Shown: in pieces, positions 1-10,600 of the stretch
Numbering within the stretch: position 1 is the first letter of the stretch
Layout of the letters: each line of letters begins with the position of its first letter
Origin: an uncultured virus (IMG/VR IMGVR_UViG_3300011646_000014)
Taxonomy: Duplodnaviria; Heunggongvirae; Uroviricota; Caudoviricetes
Virus record (IMG/VR): IMGVR_UViG_3300011646_000014
Span: 1 to 64,000 of that record
Reading direction: 5' to 3' (one strand)
DNA: 64,000 bases
Program-made: the position numbers and the translations under genes
Notes under the pieces: model-generated
What the model was told of the DNA's origin: nothing
The model's input: the letters and a program-made list of their open reading frames with translations, nothing else
Database searches by the model: none

Positions 1-1617
1 ATGGGAACAATTGCAGAACGAACTACAGCAGATGGTAAAACTCGATACAGAGCTCAAATACGAATAACTCGTAAAGGCTTACCACCATTTATTAAAACAA
101 GAACTTTTGCAAAAGAGTCATTAGCCAAAGAATGGATTAAGCGACTTGAAGCAGAGATTCTAGTTAATCCTGCTATTCTAAATCCAGAAGCTAAGGCTGT
201 GTCAAAAACTTTAGAACAATTCATCACTCAATATTTAGATGAAATTAGTGACGAATTTGCTGATACCAAGACTGCAGCACTAAAAAATATCTGTAATTAT
301 GATATTGCACATAAAGATGCTTATACCCTTTCACGTCAAGATTTCTCATCATTTGCTATTGAACGACGAAAAGGCAATCCAATTGAAATGATAGATGGAG
401 TTGCCCCAGCAACTGCATTAAAAGATTTATCCCATATTTCATCAGTCCTAAACCATGCTGAACTTGTATGGGGTGAAGATGTTGCACATGCAAAAAATGA
501 ATTGTCACATTCGCTGATCGGTCTAAAAAAAGCTCGTATTGTTACTAAATCAAAGGAACGTGATCGTTTAATCACATCAGAAGAACTTCATATTCTGACC
601 AATCACTTTTATAAAGGCTGGAAACGAGTTCGCAATGCCATTCCCATGCACCTGGTCATGTGGCTTGCGATCTATACAGGTCGTCGTGAAGGTGAACTAT
701 GTGAAATGCGTTTAGATGATTTTGATAAAAAAAATAGTCAGTGGAAGATCAGAGACGTTAAAAATCCAGATGGTTCTAAAGGAAATCATAAGTTTGCCCA
801 TTTAGAGCCTAATGCCCTCCTCATTATTGAAGAATTACTCGAACCTTCTACTCGAAAAAGAATGCTGGAGCTGGGTTATAGTGATGAGCTTTTATTGCCT
901 GTCAATGTACAGACGGTCAGTGATTATTTTCGTAGAGCATGTCGTTTAAATGGAATTGAAGATTTAAGGTTCCATGATTTACGCCATGAAGCTGCAACAC
1001 GCTATGCAGAGGATGGCTTTACGATACCGCAACTTCAAACAATTACATTACATTCATCATGGAATAGTCTTAAACGGTATGTAAACCTAAGAAAACGTGG
1101 TGAACGTTTAGATTATCAGACAGCTATTCAATTTGCCCGACAACAATATGACGATAATTATTCTAAATTTGCTTTAAAACAAAGGTATGTATCAGCTGCT
1201 GATATTGCGGATGCAGAGGAAGCTTATTCTCAAGTTCAAACACCTGACGTTATAAATACTGAATTTTCTTTTATTAAAGAACAGTTGGAAAGATTTATGA
1301 AATCATTCCGCCCGACTAAAAGTGTTAAAGATATGTATAAAGAAAAATCCAATATACAGAACATATTTGCATGGAATGATGTGCAACAGTCTTTTGTGGT
1401 CCCATACATACAAAATGCTTGGGAAAATTGGTTTAATGATAATGGGGTTATTGATTGGGAACAGCTTCCAAATGATACGACTCACTTTAGCATCAAAGGG
1501 TTAGACGTATTAAAAATTGAAAATGAACGTGTGTATAAATGGGAAAAAGAAATAGAAAAATGGTTTGATATTACTAAATATTTTGATGCCGATATTTCAA
1601 ATCTTATCAAGAAATAA
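1..1617 (+). CDS. int: Tyrosine recombinase/integrase with a ~150-aa C-terminal extension
   Basis: Catalytic motifs TGRREGE (R), VKN (K), FHDLRH (HxxR), LHSSW (H), KRY (Y); N-terminal arm-binding-like segment. Confidence 0.93.
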   Translation: MGTIAERTTADGKTRYRAQIRITRKGLPPFIKTRTFAKESLAKEWIKRLEAEILVNPAILNPEAKAVSKTLEQFITQYLDEISDEFADTKTAALKNICNYDIAHKDAYTLSRQDFSSFAIERRKGNPIEMIDGVAPATALKDLSHISSVLNHAELVWGEDVAHAKNELSHSLIGLKKARIVTKSKERDRLITSEELHILTNHFYKGWKRVRNAIPMHLVMWLAIYTGRREGELCEMRLDDFDKKNSQWKIRDVKNPDGSKGNHKFAHLEPNALLIIEELLEPSTRKRMLELGYSDELLLPVNVQTVSDYFRRACRLNGIEDLRFHDLRHEAATRYAEDGFTIPQLQTITLHSSWNSLKRYVNLRKRGERLDYQTAIQFARQQYDDNYSKFALKQRYVSAADIADAEEAYSQVQTPDVINTEFSFIKEQLERFMKSFRPTKSVKDMYKEKSNIQNIFAWNDVQQSFVVPYIQNAWENWFNDNGVIDWEQLPNDTTHFSIKGLDVLKIENERVYKWEKEIEKWFDITKYFDADISNLIKK

Positions 1618-1640
1618 ACCCTCAATTGAGGGTTTTATTT
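1613..1640. terminator. Bidirectional intrinsic terminator after int
   Basis: Palindrome AAACCCTCAA/TTGAGGGTTT (1616-1635) flanked by A/T tracts. Confidence 0.75.
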
Positions 1641-1684
1641 AGTTCCGGCCAACTTTCATTTAGTCGCCTGACATCAATGACGTG
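1622..1684 (-). pseudogene. Orphaned former 3' end of the Rz-like spanin gene
   Basis: Translates HVIDVRRLNESWPELNKTLN*, which aligns with the current Rz C-terminus HSLDAMRLYDSWPVK* (7 of 13 residues identical). Confidence 0.8.
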
Positions 1685-1739
1685 TTTAATATTCTAGTCT
1701 GTCACGTATAATAGAATTTTGCTGCTTGGGCTGAAAAAT

Positions 1740-2408
1740 ATGTCTTTCATTGATCTAACAAACCAACGATTTGGTCGTTTAGTTGCATTAGAACGACTAG
1801 AACCCCTTAAATCAGGTGATGGATATCGATGGAAATGTATCTGTGACTGTGGAAGTATTTGTATTCGTAAAACTAGACTGTTACGACATGGTGAATCAGT
1901 CAAAAGCTGTGGGTGCTATATTTCAGATTTAAATAAAGCAAAACCCAAAAGCAGATCATCAATGAATATAAAACATGGTGCATTATCAAGAGGTAAAACC
2001 AAAGAATATTCAATATGGTCGTCAATGATTCAAAGATGTACAAATGAAAATCACAAGTCTTATAAGAATTATGGTGCAAAGGGAATTACTGTTTGCAGTG
2101 AATGGTTAAATTCTTTTGAAAGCTTTTTAACAGATATGGGTAAAATCCCAACAAATAATCACACCATTGATCGAATCAATAATACTCAAGGTTATTCCAA
2201 AGATAATTGCCGATGGGCAACATATACTGAGCAAGCCTACAATAGAAAAAATAATGTTTTTATTGAAATTGAGTCAAAAACAATGACCATTCCAGAAGTA
2301 AGTCGAGAATATAATATACCTGAAAGAACATTATATCGTTGGGTGAATGAGAATAATCATGAAACTTTGCTTTATAAAATAAGTGAGAGAATGGCATCTC
2401 TCACTTGA
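1740..2408 (+). CDS. Free-standing HNH homing endonuclease (likely start ATG 1740)
   Basis: DLTNQRFGRL, WKCICDCG, KSCGC and TIDRINNTQGYSKDNCRWAT motifs; C-terminal HTH-like segment; opposite strand to the lysis genes. Confidence 0.9.
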   Translation: MSFIDLTNQRFGRLVALERLEPLKSGDGYRWKCICDCGSICIRKTRLLRHGESVKSCGCYISDLNKAKPKSRSSMNIKHGALSRGKTKEYSIWSSMIQRCTNENHKSYKNYGAKGITVCSEWLNSFESFLTDMGKIPTNNHTIDRINNTQGYSKDNCRWATYTEQAYNRKNNVFIEIESKTMTIPEVSREYNIPERTLYRWVNENNHETLLYKISERMASLT

Positions 2409-2895
2409 CTGGCCAACTATCGTATAACCTCATTGCGTCCAGTGAATGTCCATCAGCTTTTTCTGCCAAGCTTCGATATTCTGCTGTGCAACTTTCGAGT
2501 AGCTCTGAGTTGGCAATGGTGTAGTTAATGATGGTTTGCTTGGGAGCACTGGACAAACGTTTGTTGGCTTCACTGAGTTGCTTTGACAACCCATTAGCAG
2601 CCAAGTCAGCACTACGAGCGGCAGCATTCGCATCTTGTATTTTTTTAATCGCATTTTGTTCTACCTCTATAATTTTAGCTGACCATGTTTGCATAATGGC
2701 GGCTTTTTCCTCTTGAGCCTGATCAATTGCATCTTGATAAGGCTTAATAGCATCAGCTACTGCTTTAGTTTTAACTTTTTCAGCATTTGCCAATTTTCCA
2801 GCAAGAGAATTGGCATAAAAAACATATCCAAAAATAAAGATCATCAAGACTAAAATGATGTATTTTTAAAATTTACCTAGCACGGCATCAATCAT
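2401..2895 (-). pseudogene. Rz: Rz-like i-spanin with an in-frame TAA at codon 10
   Basis: ATG at 2895 overlaps the endolysin TGA (ATGA) and reads MIDAVLGKF*KYIILVLMIFIFGY. TM segment followed by a coiled-coil periplasmic domain; hosts a nested lipoprotein ORF. Confidence 0.75.
2430..2654 (-). CDS. Rz1: Rz1-like o-spanin lipoprotein nested in Rz
   Basis: Basic N-terminus, hydrophobic core, lipobox LLMG-C and Pro-rich mature part; fully embedded in Rz in another frame. Confidence 0.85.
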   Translation of the reverse strand: MRLKKYKMRMLPLVVLTWLLMGCQSNSVKPTNVCPVLPSKPSLTTPLPTQSYSKVAQQNIEAWQKKLMDIHWTQ

Positions 2896-3479
2896 TTAAA
2901 CCACCCTTTAATCATAGAAAGTTTATTTTTACGATCATCAAAGCCATTTAAACCGCCATTAATACGACGAGTAATCGTGGTTACATCATCATAATCTGCA
3001 AATACATTTAAGTTATTTTCAGACCAGTATTTGCAAGCTACAAGCATTCCAACACTGGGTAATGCTACAATTGTCGGATTATTTTCAAAGTCAATTCCTA
3101 GCTCTTGACCATATTTGCGATAATTAGCTCGTCCAGTTAACTGGATTGGTCCTCGACCTTTATAACGCACACCGTCGCCTTTGTTTACATTACCTAAGTC
3201 TTTTCGCCCCTCATAAGCTGCACCAGATGCGATTTCTTCCATATAGCGAAAATTTCCGCTTTCATGAGCAAGTTGAGCAAAGAAATGACAAAAGCGTAAC
3301 TGCGTCTTGATTGAATATGTCTCTAAGTGCACATTTGCTGCTAATGCTAATTCAGTAGCTCGTGCAGGATTAGCACCAAGTTTTTGAAATACAGCTGTTA
3401 AAGTATTACGCCCAAGAATTCCATCATCTTTCACTCCAACGGCTTTTTGAAGTTTTGTAATATCAAGAGTATTCATCAA
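2892..3479 (-). CDS. Endolysin, glycoside hydrolase family 19, with N-terminal PG-binding-like segment
   Basis: FFAQLAHES, YKGRGPIQLTGRANY and ITRRINGGLNG motifs; LQKAVGVKDDGILG. Confidence 0.95.
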   Translation of the reverse strand: MMNTLDITKLQKAVGVKDDGILGRNTLTAVFQKLGANPARATELALAANVHLETYSIKTQLRFCHFFAQLAHESGNFRYMEEIASGAAYEGRKDLGNVNKGDGVRYKGRGPIQLTGRANYRKYGQELGIDFENNPTIVALPSVGMLVACKYWSENNLNVFADYDDVTTITRRINGGLNGFDDRKNKLSMIKGWFK

Positions 3480-3856
3480 TTTTTCCCACCTTTACCATTA
3501 CTAAGTATTGAAATAAATGCAGCTTTGACCTCACTAATAACCTCAGATAAAGGCTTACCATGCATCAATGCAATGGACTGATAAACAATGCCAATCGCTA
3601 ATAATCCAAAAACTGCAAACATAAGCATCACAAAGCCTTGAGCCATGTGAGAATATTTTGATAATTCGTAATATTCAATAAATGCTGAACCGCCATAAAG
3701 GCTGACTGAAACGCTGAATAGAAACTTGCCTATAACACCCAAAGAAACTTGAATTTTTCCGTTTTTATCAATGTCACCACTTAATACCAGGGCAAGAATA
3801 GCCCCCACTACGGCAGGCACAACTTTGATGATCCATGGAATTGTGTTTTCTTGCAT
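3476..3856 (-). CDS. Holin (about 3 TM)
   Basis: Three hydrophobic segments and a charged C-terminus; overlaps the endolysin start. Confidence 0.85.
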   Translation of the reverse strand: MQENTIPWIIKVVPAVVGAILALVLSGDIDKNGKIQVSLGVIGKFLFSVSVSLYGGSAFIEYYELSKYSHMAQGFVMLMFAVFGLLAIGIVYQSIALMHGKPLSEVISEVKAAFISILSNGKGGKN

Positions 3857-3867
3857 AACTTGCCCCG

Positions 3868-3901
3868 AATAAAACTCTACTTTATTTCGTAGAGTTTTAT
3901 T
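3868..3901. repeat. Perfect 13-bp inverted repeat upstream of the holin RBS
   Basis: AATAAAACTCTAC-N8-GTAGAGTTTTATT. Confidence 0.9.
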
Positions 3902-3918
3902 TAAAGGGGGTTATTTAG

Positions 3919-3934
3919 CGAACCTTACAGGGGG
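3919..3934 (-). promoter_or_regulatory. CCCTGTAAGG box upstream of holin
   Basis: Minus strand CCCCCTGTAAGGTTCG; the motif recurs before three other genes. Confidence 0.65.
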
Positions 3935-3963
3935 TTGATACTGCTCTAAAATTAATCTATCGT
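3935..3963 (+). promoter_or_regulatory. Putative sigma70 promoter of the DUF4124 moron
   Basis: TTGATA-17 nt-TATCGT; an additional TATAAT at 3971-3976. Confidence 0.55.
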
Positions 3964-3989
3964 AATTTCATATAATTATTATCTTTGAG

Positions 3990-4616
3990 ATGCGCATGAG
4001 TGTATTAAAAATTACAACATTTATTTTACTGTGTATTCCAGTAAATCTATATGCAGGGGTTTACAAATGGGTTGATGCAAAAGGTAATGTTACCTATTCA
4101 AGTAAGCCACCACCTAAGGGTGCTAAGCAACAGAATATAGAAACTTTACGATCGTTGGGTACAACCAGTACACCAGCACCTAAACAAACTTATCGCTCTA
4201 ATTCATCCATTCCTGACACGTATGTAAATCACTATCAGGGCACTCGTCAAAATACTTATACTGTGCCTCGTCAGCCTACACGCTCTGCTGAAGATGAAGC
4301 ATTGCGTCAAAAAATTATTCAGGAAGCTAGTACGCCATATAAAGGTTCTCAAAATGGTCAGTTAACCGCAAACCAATTAAGAACCCTAGCAGCAATGAAT
4401 GGTGTAAATGTTTCAAGTGGTGATAGTTATTCAAACTCAAATAACTCTTACTCTGCACCTATGCCACAACGTCAACCATCCACAATAACTAACTGTGATG
4501 GTGCAGGATGTTGGGGTTCAGATGGCACACGCTATAATCGTGGTGCAGGTGATACTTATTTCCCTTCTACTGGTGGAATATGTCAGGGTGTTGGTGGGCA
4601 AATGCAGTGTAACTAA
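3990..4616 (+). CDS. Secreted DUF4124-domain moron protein with C-terminal 4-Cys domain
   Basis: Signal peptide ending LYA; GVYKWVDAKGNVTYSSKPP (DUF4124); opposite strand to neighbours, with its own promoter and terminator. Confidence 0.88.
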   Translation: MRMSVLKITTFILLCIPVNLYAGVYKWVDAKGNVTYSSKPPPKGAKQQNIETLRSLGTTSTPAPKQTYRSNSSIPDTYVNHYQGTRQNTYTVPRQPTRSAEDEALRQKIIQEASTPYKGSQNGQLTANQLRTLAAMNGVNVSSGDSYSNSNNSYSAPMPQRQPSTITNCDGAGCWGSDGTRYNRGAGDTYFPSTGGICQGVGGQMQCN

Positions 4617-4638
4617 GTTATAAAACATAGAAGATTAA

Positions 4639-4664
4639 AGAAGCCACCATAAGGTGGCTTTTCT
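4639..4664. terminator. Bidirectional terminator
   Basis: AAGCCACC-ATAA-GGTGGCTT followed by TT, between convergent genes. Confidence 0.8.
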
Positions 4665-4672
4665 ATCACTAA

Positions 4673-7600
4673 TTATTCACCAAAAGCAAAGTAACCAGCT
4701 TCACGTGCATCTTGACGATTCCGTGACAAATATATGCCATCTTCTGCACGATCAATACGACGCTGGCGATTGCGGTAGCTTTGATTAAGGTTCATTCTAG
4801 TTATACGACGTGATGGATTTTTGTCATTGAAACCTTGAATTTCTTCCCAAATTTCATCCATCTCTTGTTGGTCATCCATCATTTTCGCTCGTGACCATAA
4901 TGCCATTAATCGACTACGACGCTCATTGAGCTTTCGGTTAAGCTGATAAACTGCCGATTTGCCTTCATAAGCAGTCCGTATATCAGACGGTGAAAAACCC
5001 ATGCCCTGTATCAACATATCCATTGAATCAACTTCATCAATAATGGAAACACCCGTTTTATCCTGAACACCCTCATCATTGTAGCGGTATGTTTTGGCAA
5101 AGTTTTTAAGAAATACTGGCAACATACTCTCAACACCACGTAGATTATGCCCTTCTGAAATTTCCTGAGCACCTTTTGCGATATTTGCCCCAATGCCGCC
5201 AATAGGACCTAAAGCCGCCGATGCTGCCGAATCCCACCATTTTTTACCTTCTAACCCTTCTTGTACGTCTGGTAATAAAAGATTATTAATACCAACACGA
5301 CTAGAAATATCCACACCAATACCGCGTGGCGCACCTTTCATCAACATATTTGAAATGGTTGGATTAAATGCTTCGGCAAGATAGTTACGCAATGCGACTT
5401 CTGCATCCCAAGGTTCGTCGTCATCCCCGCCCATCCAAGATGCAACCGACAACAACATTCCAACCATCGGTAAACCGAGAACACCAGCAAAAGTTGCGTG
5501 CATTGCCAAAATTGCACCAAGTGATTTACGGGCTTCTTTTCGTTCAGCTTCCGTTTCACCTTTAATGGACTGATAGGTCTGACGAGCCAATGTGTAAAGC
5601 ATGTTTTGACCAAACTGTTTAAACAGTAGAAGAACTTTGGCCACATTACCTTGCATGATGCGTGGGCGGTTTCCAGAACTGTAATCAAAGTGCCCTCTGT
5701 ATGTAGCATCTACAGCTTGATCAAATGCTGAATCATGCTTTTCACCTGATTGACGTGCTAGGCGATACGCTGCAATAAAGGTAACTTCACGGTTAAATCG
5801 TTCAGCACTATGGAACATAATACTTGCAGCACGCATAATAGGGCGTGTCTTCCACATCACACCACTATCTTCCCCCTGTGCAATTCCTGCTAAATCATGT
5901 GCCTGAGTGACATCAATCACGCCACGCGCCACAGCATCTTCATAAGCCTGTTTTTCATCTTTATTTAGAAATTTAGAAATATCGGAGCTAATTGTTTTGT
6001 AAAGGTCAGTTTTTGATCCTTCCCACTTCACCTTGTGAAACTCTACCCCCTTTCTAAAGTCATTCGATGCTTTCAGTAATTCATCTGCCGCTTTATCGAA
6101 GCCCCATTTAGCACCCATCAATGGATAAGCCACCAATGCTGTCTGCGATAAGTTGACCATAGCTGCTGCTGGTGATAGCCCCAGGTAATAAATAAAGCCC
6201 AAGCTGGTTAATGCACTTGATAAAGGATGCCCTTTAGGGTTCATTAAGTTGTCATGACGTTTATTCATTTCAGTGATGACACTTTGAGCAGATCGCTGAT
6301 CGTAATCCTCATCCACTTCAAACTGTTCATCAGCATACTTTTGCATCTCATCAAGCTGCTGTGCTAACTGATCACCATAGCGTAACTTAGCAAGATAATT
6401 AGCACCACTAAACATATTCTGTGCAAATGCCCGACGTGCATCTTGGCTAAACCCTGCTGTACCCTTACGGTGAATCCCATGTTTTGCCCAACTCAAATCA
6501 GGCATAGAAGATAAATAAAGCTGACTTAGAGTATCTTCAAATTCAGTTCGTTCCGCAGTCGATAGGCCTAAATTATCTACCTCTGCAAATAGACTGGTCA
6601 TAAACCCACGACCAACAGCATCTCTGGATTTGTTGTATTCCTTATCTAATTTCACTTTATTAACTTTATAGTGTGGAAATTTCTGTATAAGTTCAGAACG
6701 TAATGCCTGTGCTTCTCCCATGGTTTCGGCACGGCTAACGCTTTCAACTTCACCATTTTGGTTACGCATCACCACTACATATTTACCAAAACGAGCCAAT
6801 GGGAAATATACCCCTTTGATAGATCCGAAGAAGTTATCATCCATCTGTTTAAGTAAATCCGCTTTTTTCTGATTGGATAATTCAGAACGTAAGATGCGCT
6901 CTTTAATTGCTTGATGTACTTCTGCATAGTGCTTTTTATAAGCATCACGCGCTTTTAAATACATTGCCTGAGCTTCTGGTGATAGTGAATTATAGGCATC
7001 CCGTAATTGCTTATATTTTGAAATACTATCTCCACTAACATAGGGTTTGGTTGGGTCAATTTTTGCTAAAGTCGAATCATGCATTACATTTGCTAAAGCT
7101 TCTTCATCGTTTAAATTTCCCCATTCACGCACGATACTATCAGCTTCAGCACCCGCATCATTTTTATCAGCATCCATTTGAGCAGCCAATTCATTATATT
7201 TGTTTAACTGCGGTAAAATTTTGCTGTAAATTTCAGTAAGTTGTCGACGTCCTAAGGCTGATAAGCCAATACCTAACCAATCAGTAAATTTATAACCTGT
7301 TTTATCCTTGATAGATTTTGTTGATAGCTGTTTAATACTTTCACTTAAATTATTGATTGTATTATCAAAAAACTGACGACTATATAATGGTGAAACATTT
7401 TCAGCATTATATGAGGACTTCTCAATCATTCGCTCAGCAAGTGCAACCATATCATTTGGATTAAGGTTGAGATTTATTCCAAAATTATCAAATAGAGTGG
7501 CTTTTACATACGTCACTATATTGTTTATGAGTTTTTGTAATGCATTACGCTGTATTACATTACGTTGTTCCATTGTTGATGAAAGTGTCAATAAATATGG

Positions 7601-10600
7601 TAAATACTCAAGCTGTTGACGCTCAGAACCTTGTTCACGTTCCGCAAGTAGCTTTGCAGCCATAGCAACTGGATTACCTTGTTCAACCAATTTATTAAAT
7701 TGATTCATCAATTCATTATATTGCTTTTGGTTCATCATATTCTGAAAACCAGCATGACCACCTAACTCATGTAGGAATGTTGGTATGACACTTTGATTGG
7801 TTAAATTTGATGCTACAAGTACAGCTTTACCATTGTGATAAAAACCTTCTACACCCTCAATAGAGTAATCTTGAATAATTTCAAGCTTACCTTGTCGTTC
7901 AAGTTCATCAATAGTCTCTTTACCAAAACGATCAATCAATACCTCTCGTACTTGTTGAGTTGTAGAGCCTGAACTACTTTTAGTGCTACGGCTATAAAGT
8001 GGAGTATCAGAATCGTTCTTAGGTGAAAATTCTTGATTTTTATATTTACCAAAATAGCTTCGATCAACTACAGCCTTACGAGCTTCTGATAAAAACATCA
8101 TTAAATCAGCGTCATTGTAACGTGAAAGGAATTTATCAAAGCCACGATCACGGAACCATTGGCGTATATATCCAATAACCTCTTTGATTTTCTGGCTTAT
8201 AAAAGGTTTCTTTTCCTGATTTTGGGCAACAAATGCAAATAATTCCCCAACTAAAGCTTGTTGCACATTAAGAGGATCATAAAGCCCTTTTTCTGCACCT
8301 TGGGTATATGGCTCAATATATGCACTTTCAAACTGTGCCATATCCACACCATTTTTACTGGCGATTTTGCGGATGCCTTCAAGCTCACCTAAAGCATTAT
8401 AGAGTTGTTGTAGCTTGGTTTTATATTCTTGCCCAAATATCTGTTGTACACCAAAGTGCCCAATGATTTCATGGGCCAACATTTCCTCATAAGCATCAAA
8501 TGTAGTAAGCTGTTTTTCATTATCTCCATATACCTGATCAGCAACTACATAGAGTGTACCCTTATGCCAAACAGCACTAACATCATAGTTTTGGGTATTA
8601 CCTTTATCATCTTGGTATGTGGCATCTTTTTGTATTTCCGCAGGAAGTCCATCAAAGCTAGAAATAACTTGAACATCAAAGCCCCCCTTAATTCCAGCAC
8701 TTCCAACAGTAATTCGACCATTAATCGACGAATTTTGTGTAGTGGACAGTTTGAGTTGTTGAAGAACCGAAAGGACTCGTCGAGTAGCACTGACAACCGA
8801 TAAAGCATTAAAAGTTGTATCAAGTGGTGAAGTATCTCTACGCTCGTTATCAGGTTTTAATTTGTCACGGCTAAAATCATTTAATTTACCATTAATACCT
8901 TCAAACTCTTTAAGCGCATCCCCTAAACCCTGCTTTTCAAGTTCTATACGTTGTGAATCAATTGCCTTTTCCAAAATAGGTTTTTGATGTGTAGGAATAT
9001 CTGGACCTTTTGCAATTAGACGACGCTGCACACGTTTATGTGCTTCACGTGCATTAATCAAGTCATGGGCTTGAGCAAATGGTTGTTCAAGTTGCTGCAA
9101 CATAGATTCAATCTGCTTTTTAGCATCTTCAACCTTATGTTTAACATCATTAATATAGTCACTTAATCGACCAATATAGTTTGCAAAACGAGTAAGCATT
9201 CCAGATTCAGATGGCATTTTATCTCTTGTCGTATCGAAAGTAGCCATCTGTTCTGTTGGTGAATTGAGATATACATATCCTGCGATATTTTCCAAACTAA
9301 ATGGAATACCACGATAATTGAATACCACCTCACGCTGACCTGCAAAAGCATTTCTAAGTTGTGATTTGATTGCACCAACGGCATCATCACGGTTGGTATA
9401 TGTTTTTCCACCAACTTTAAGCCCTACAAAATCATCTTTATTGGCTGGTACAGGGTGCTTATTGGCTGTATCAATCAATGACTGGTATTCATCTAAAAGA
9501 TTTGGTGCAGTTTCATTGATATAACGCTGGTTCTGGCGAATACGACCACGCAACATTTGCTTTTCATCAACATTAGCACTTTGTAAAGTTTCCAAACGTC
9601 TAACTTCATTGCGTAATTGTGTTTCTTCCAGAATTAACGGATCACCTGATGCAGCAGCTTTCATATCTGCTGCATTGGCTGCTTCGCCCTCAATGTCATC
9701 AATTTCATTTAATGTGCCATCATAATTACGAAGCTGCTCAATACCACGAGCCTTATGTTCAAGGATTTGCCAACGACGAGTATCGTATGTTTGTTCTGTG
9801 GCATAACGGTAGATGGCAACCTCAAAGTTATCAGGGTCACGCTCATACAATTTATTGCCACGACGAACAATACGCCCCTCACGCTGTTCTAAATCAGATG
9901 GTTTCCATGGGGCATCAATGTGATGTAAAGCAACAAGCCTTTCTTGTACATTGGTACCAGCTCCCATCTTTTGGGTAGAGCCAAGCAAGACACGTACAGT
10001 ACCTTTATTTACTGCCTTAAATAGTTTTTCCTTTGCTGATGGTGTGTTGTAGTCATGGATAAAGGCAATTTCACGTTCTGGAATACCCTGCTCAATCAAC
10101 TTGGATTTTATATCATCATATACAGAAAACTGTGTTGCACCTGACGAACCAGCAATATCATCACGTGTAATTGATTCTGTCGCTTCAGTATCAATTTCAT
10201 GCTCATTGTTATATTCATCAATCGCTTCCTGCTCGATTTCTCCAACTCGTTCAATCGCTTCAACCCATGATTGTCTTGAATTGTCATTATTAATCAAAGT
10301 AGTAGCTTGTTCTAAAGCCATAGTTTTACTTGGCATACCACTTTTGATACGCTGACCAGATAAGGCATCATAAACAGCAAAGGATGTTTTATCCTTGCCA
10401 CTACCCTCTTTAATCACAAAGAATGGTATATCTTCATGCCCCTCAACGGTGTGCATCGTACCTTTTTTATGTACAAGGTTTCCGTCATTTCTGACATAAA
10501 CCCGACGTTCTTTATTGGCAAAACCACTACGAGCAGATAAAGGAATCGACATATCACAAAAAATTAACTGTGTACCCTTGTCTTTATTCCATTTTTGATA

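Noticed and set aside
1685..2450. Group I intron interpretation of the HNH insertion
   Set aside because: HNH is antisense to the host gene, there is almost no non-coding sequence for a ribozyme core, and the upstream gene has its own stop.
8429..8803. 124-aa plus-strand ORF with a hydrophobic stretch, antisense to the giant gene
   Set aside because: Lies opposite a conserved peptidase domain; TTG start, no RBS, no recognisable motif. Likely a shadow ORF.
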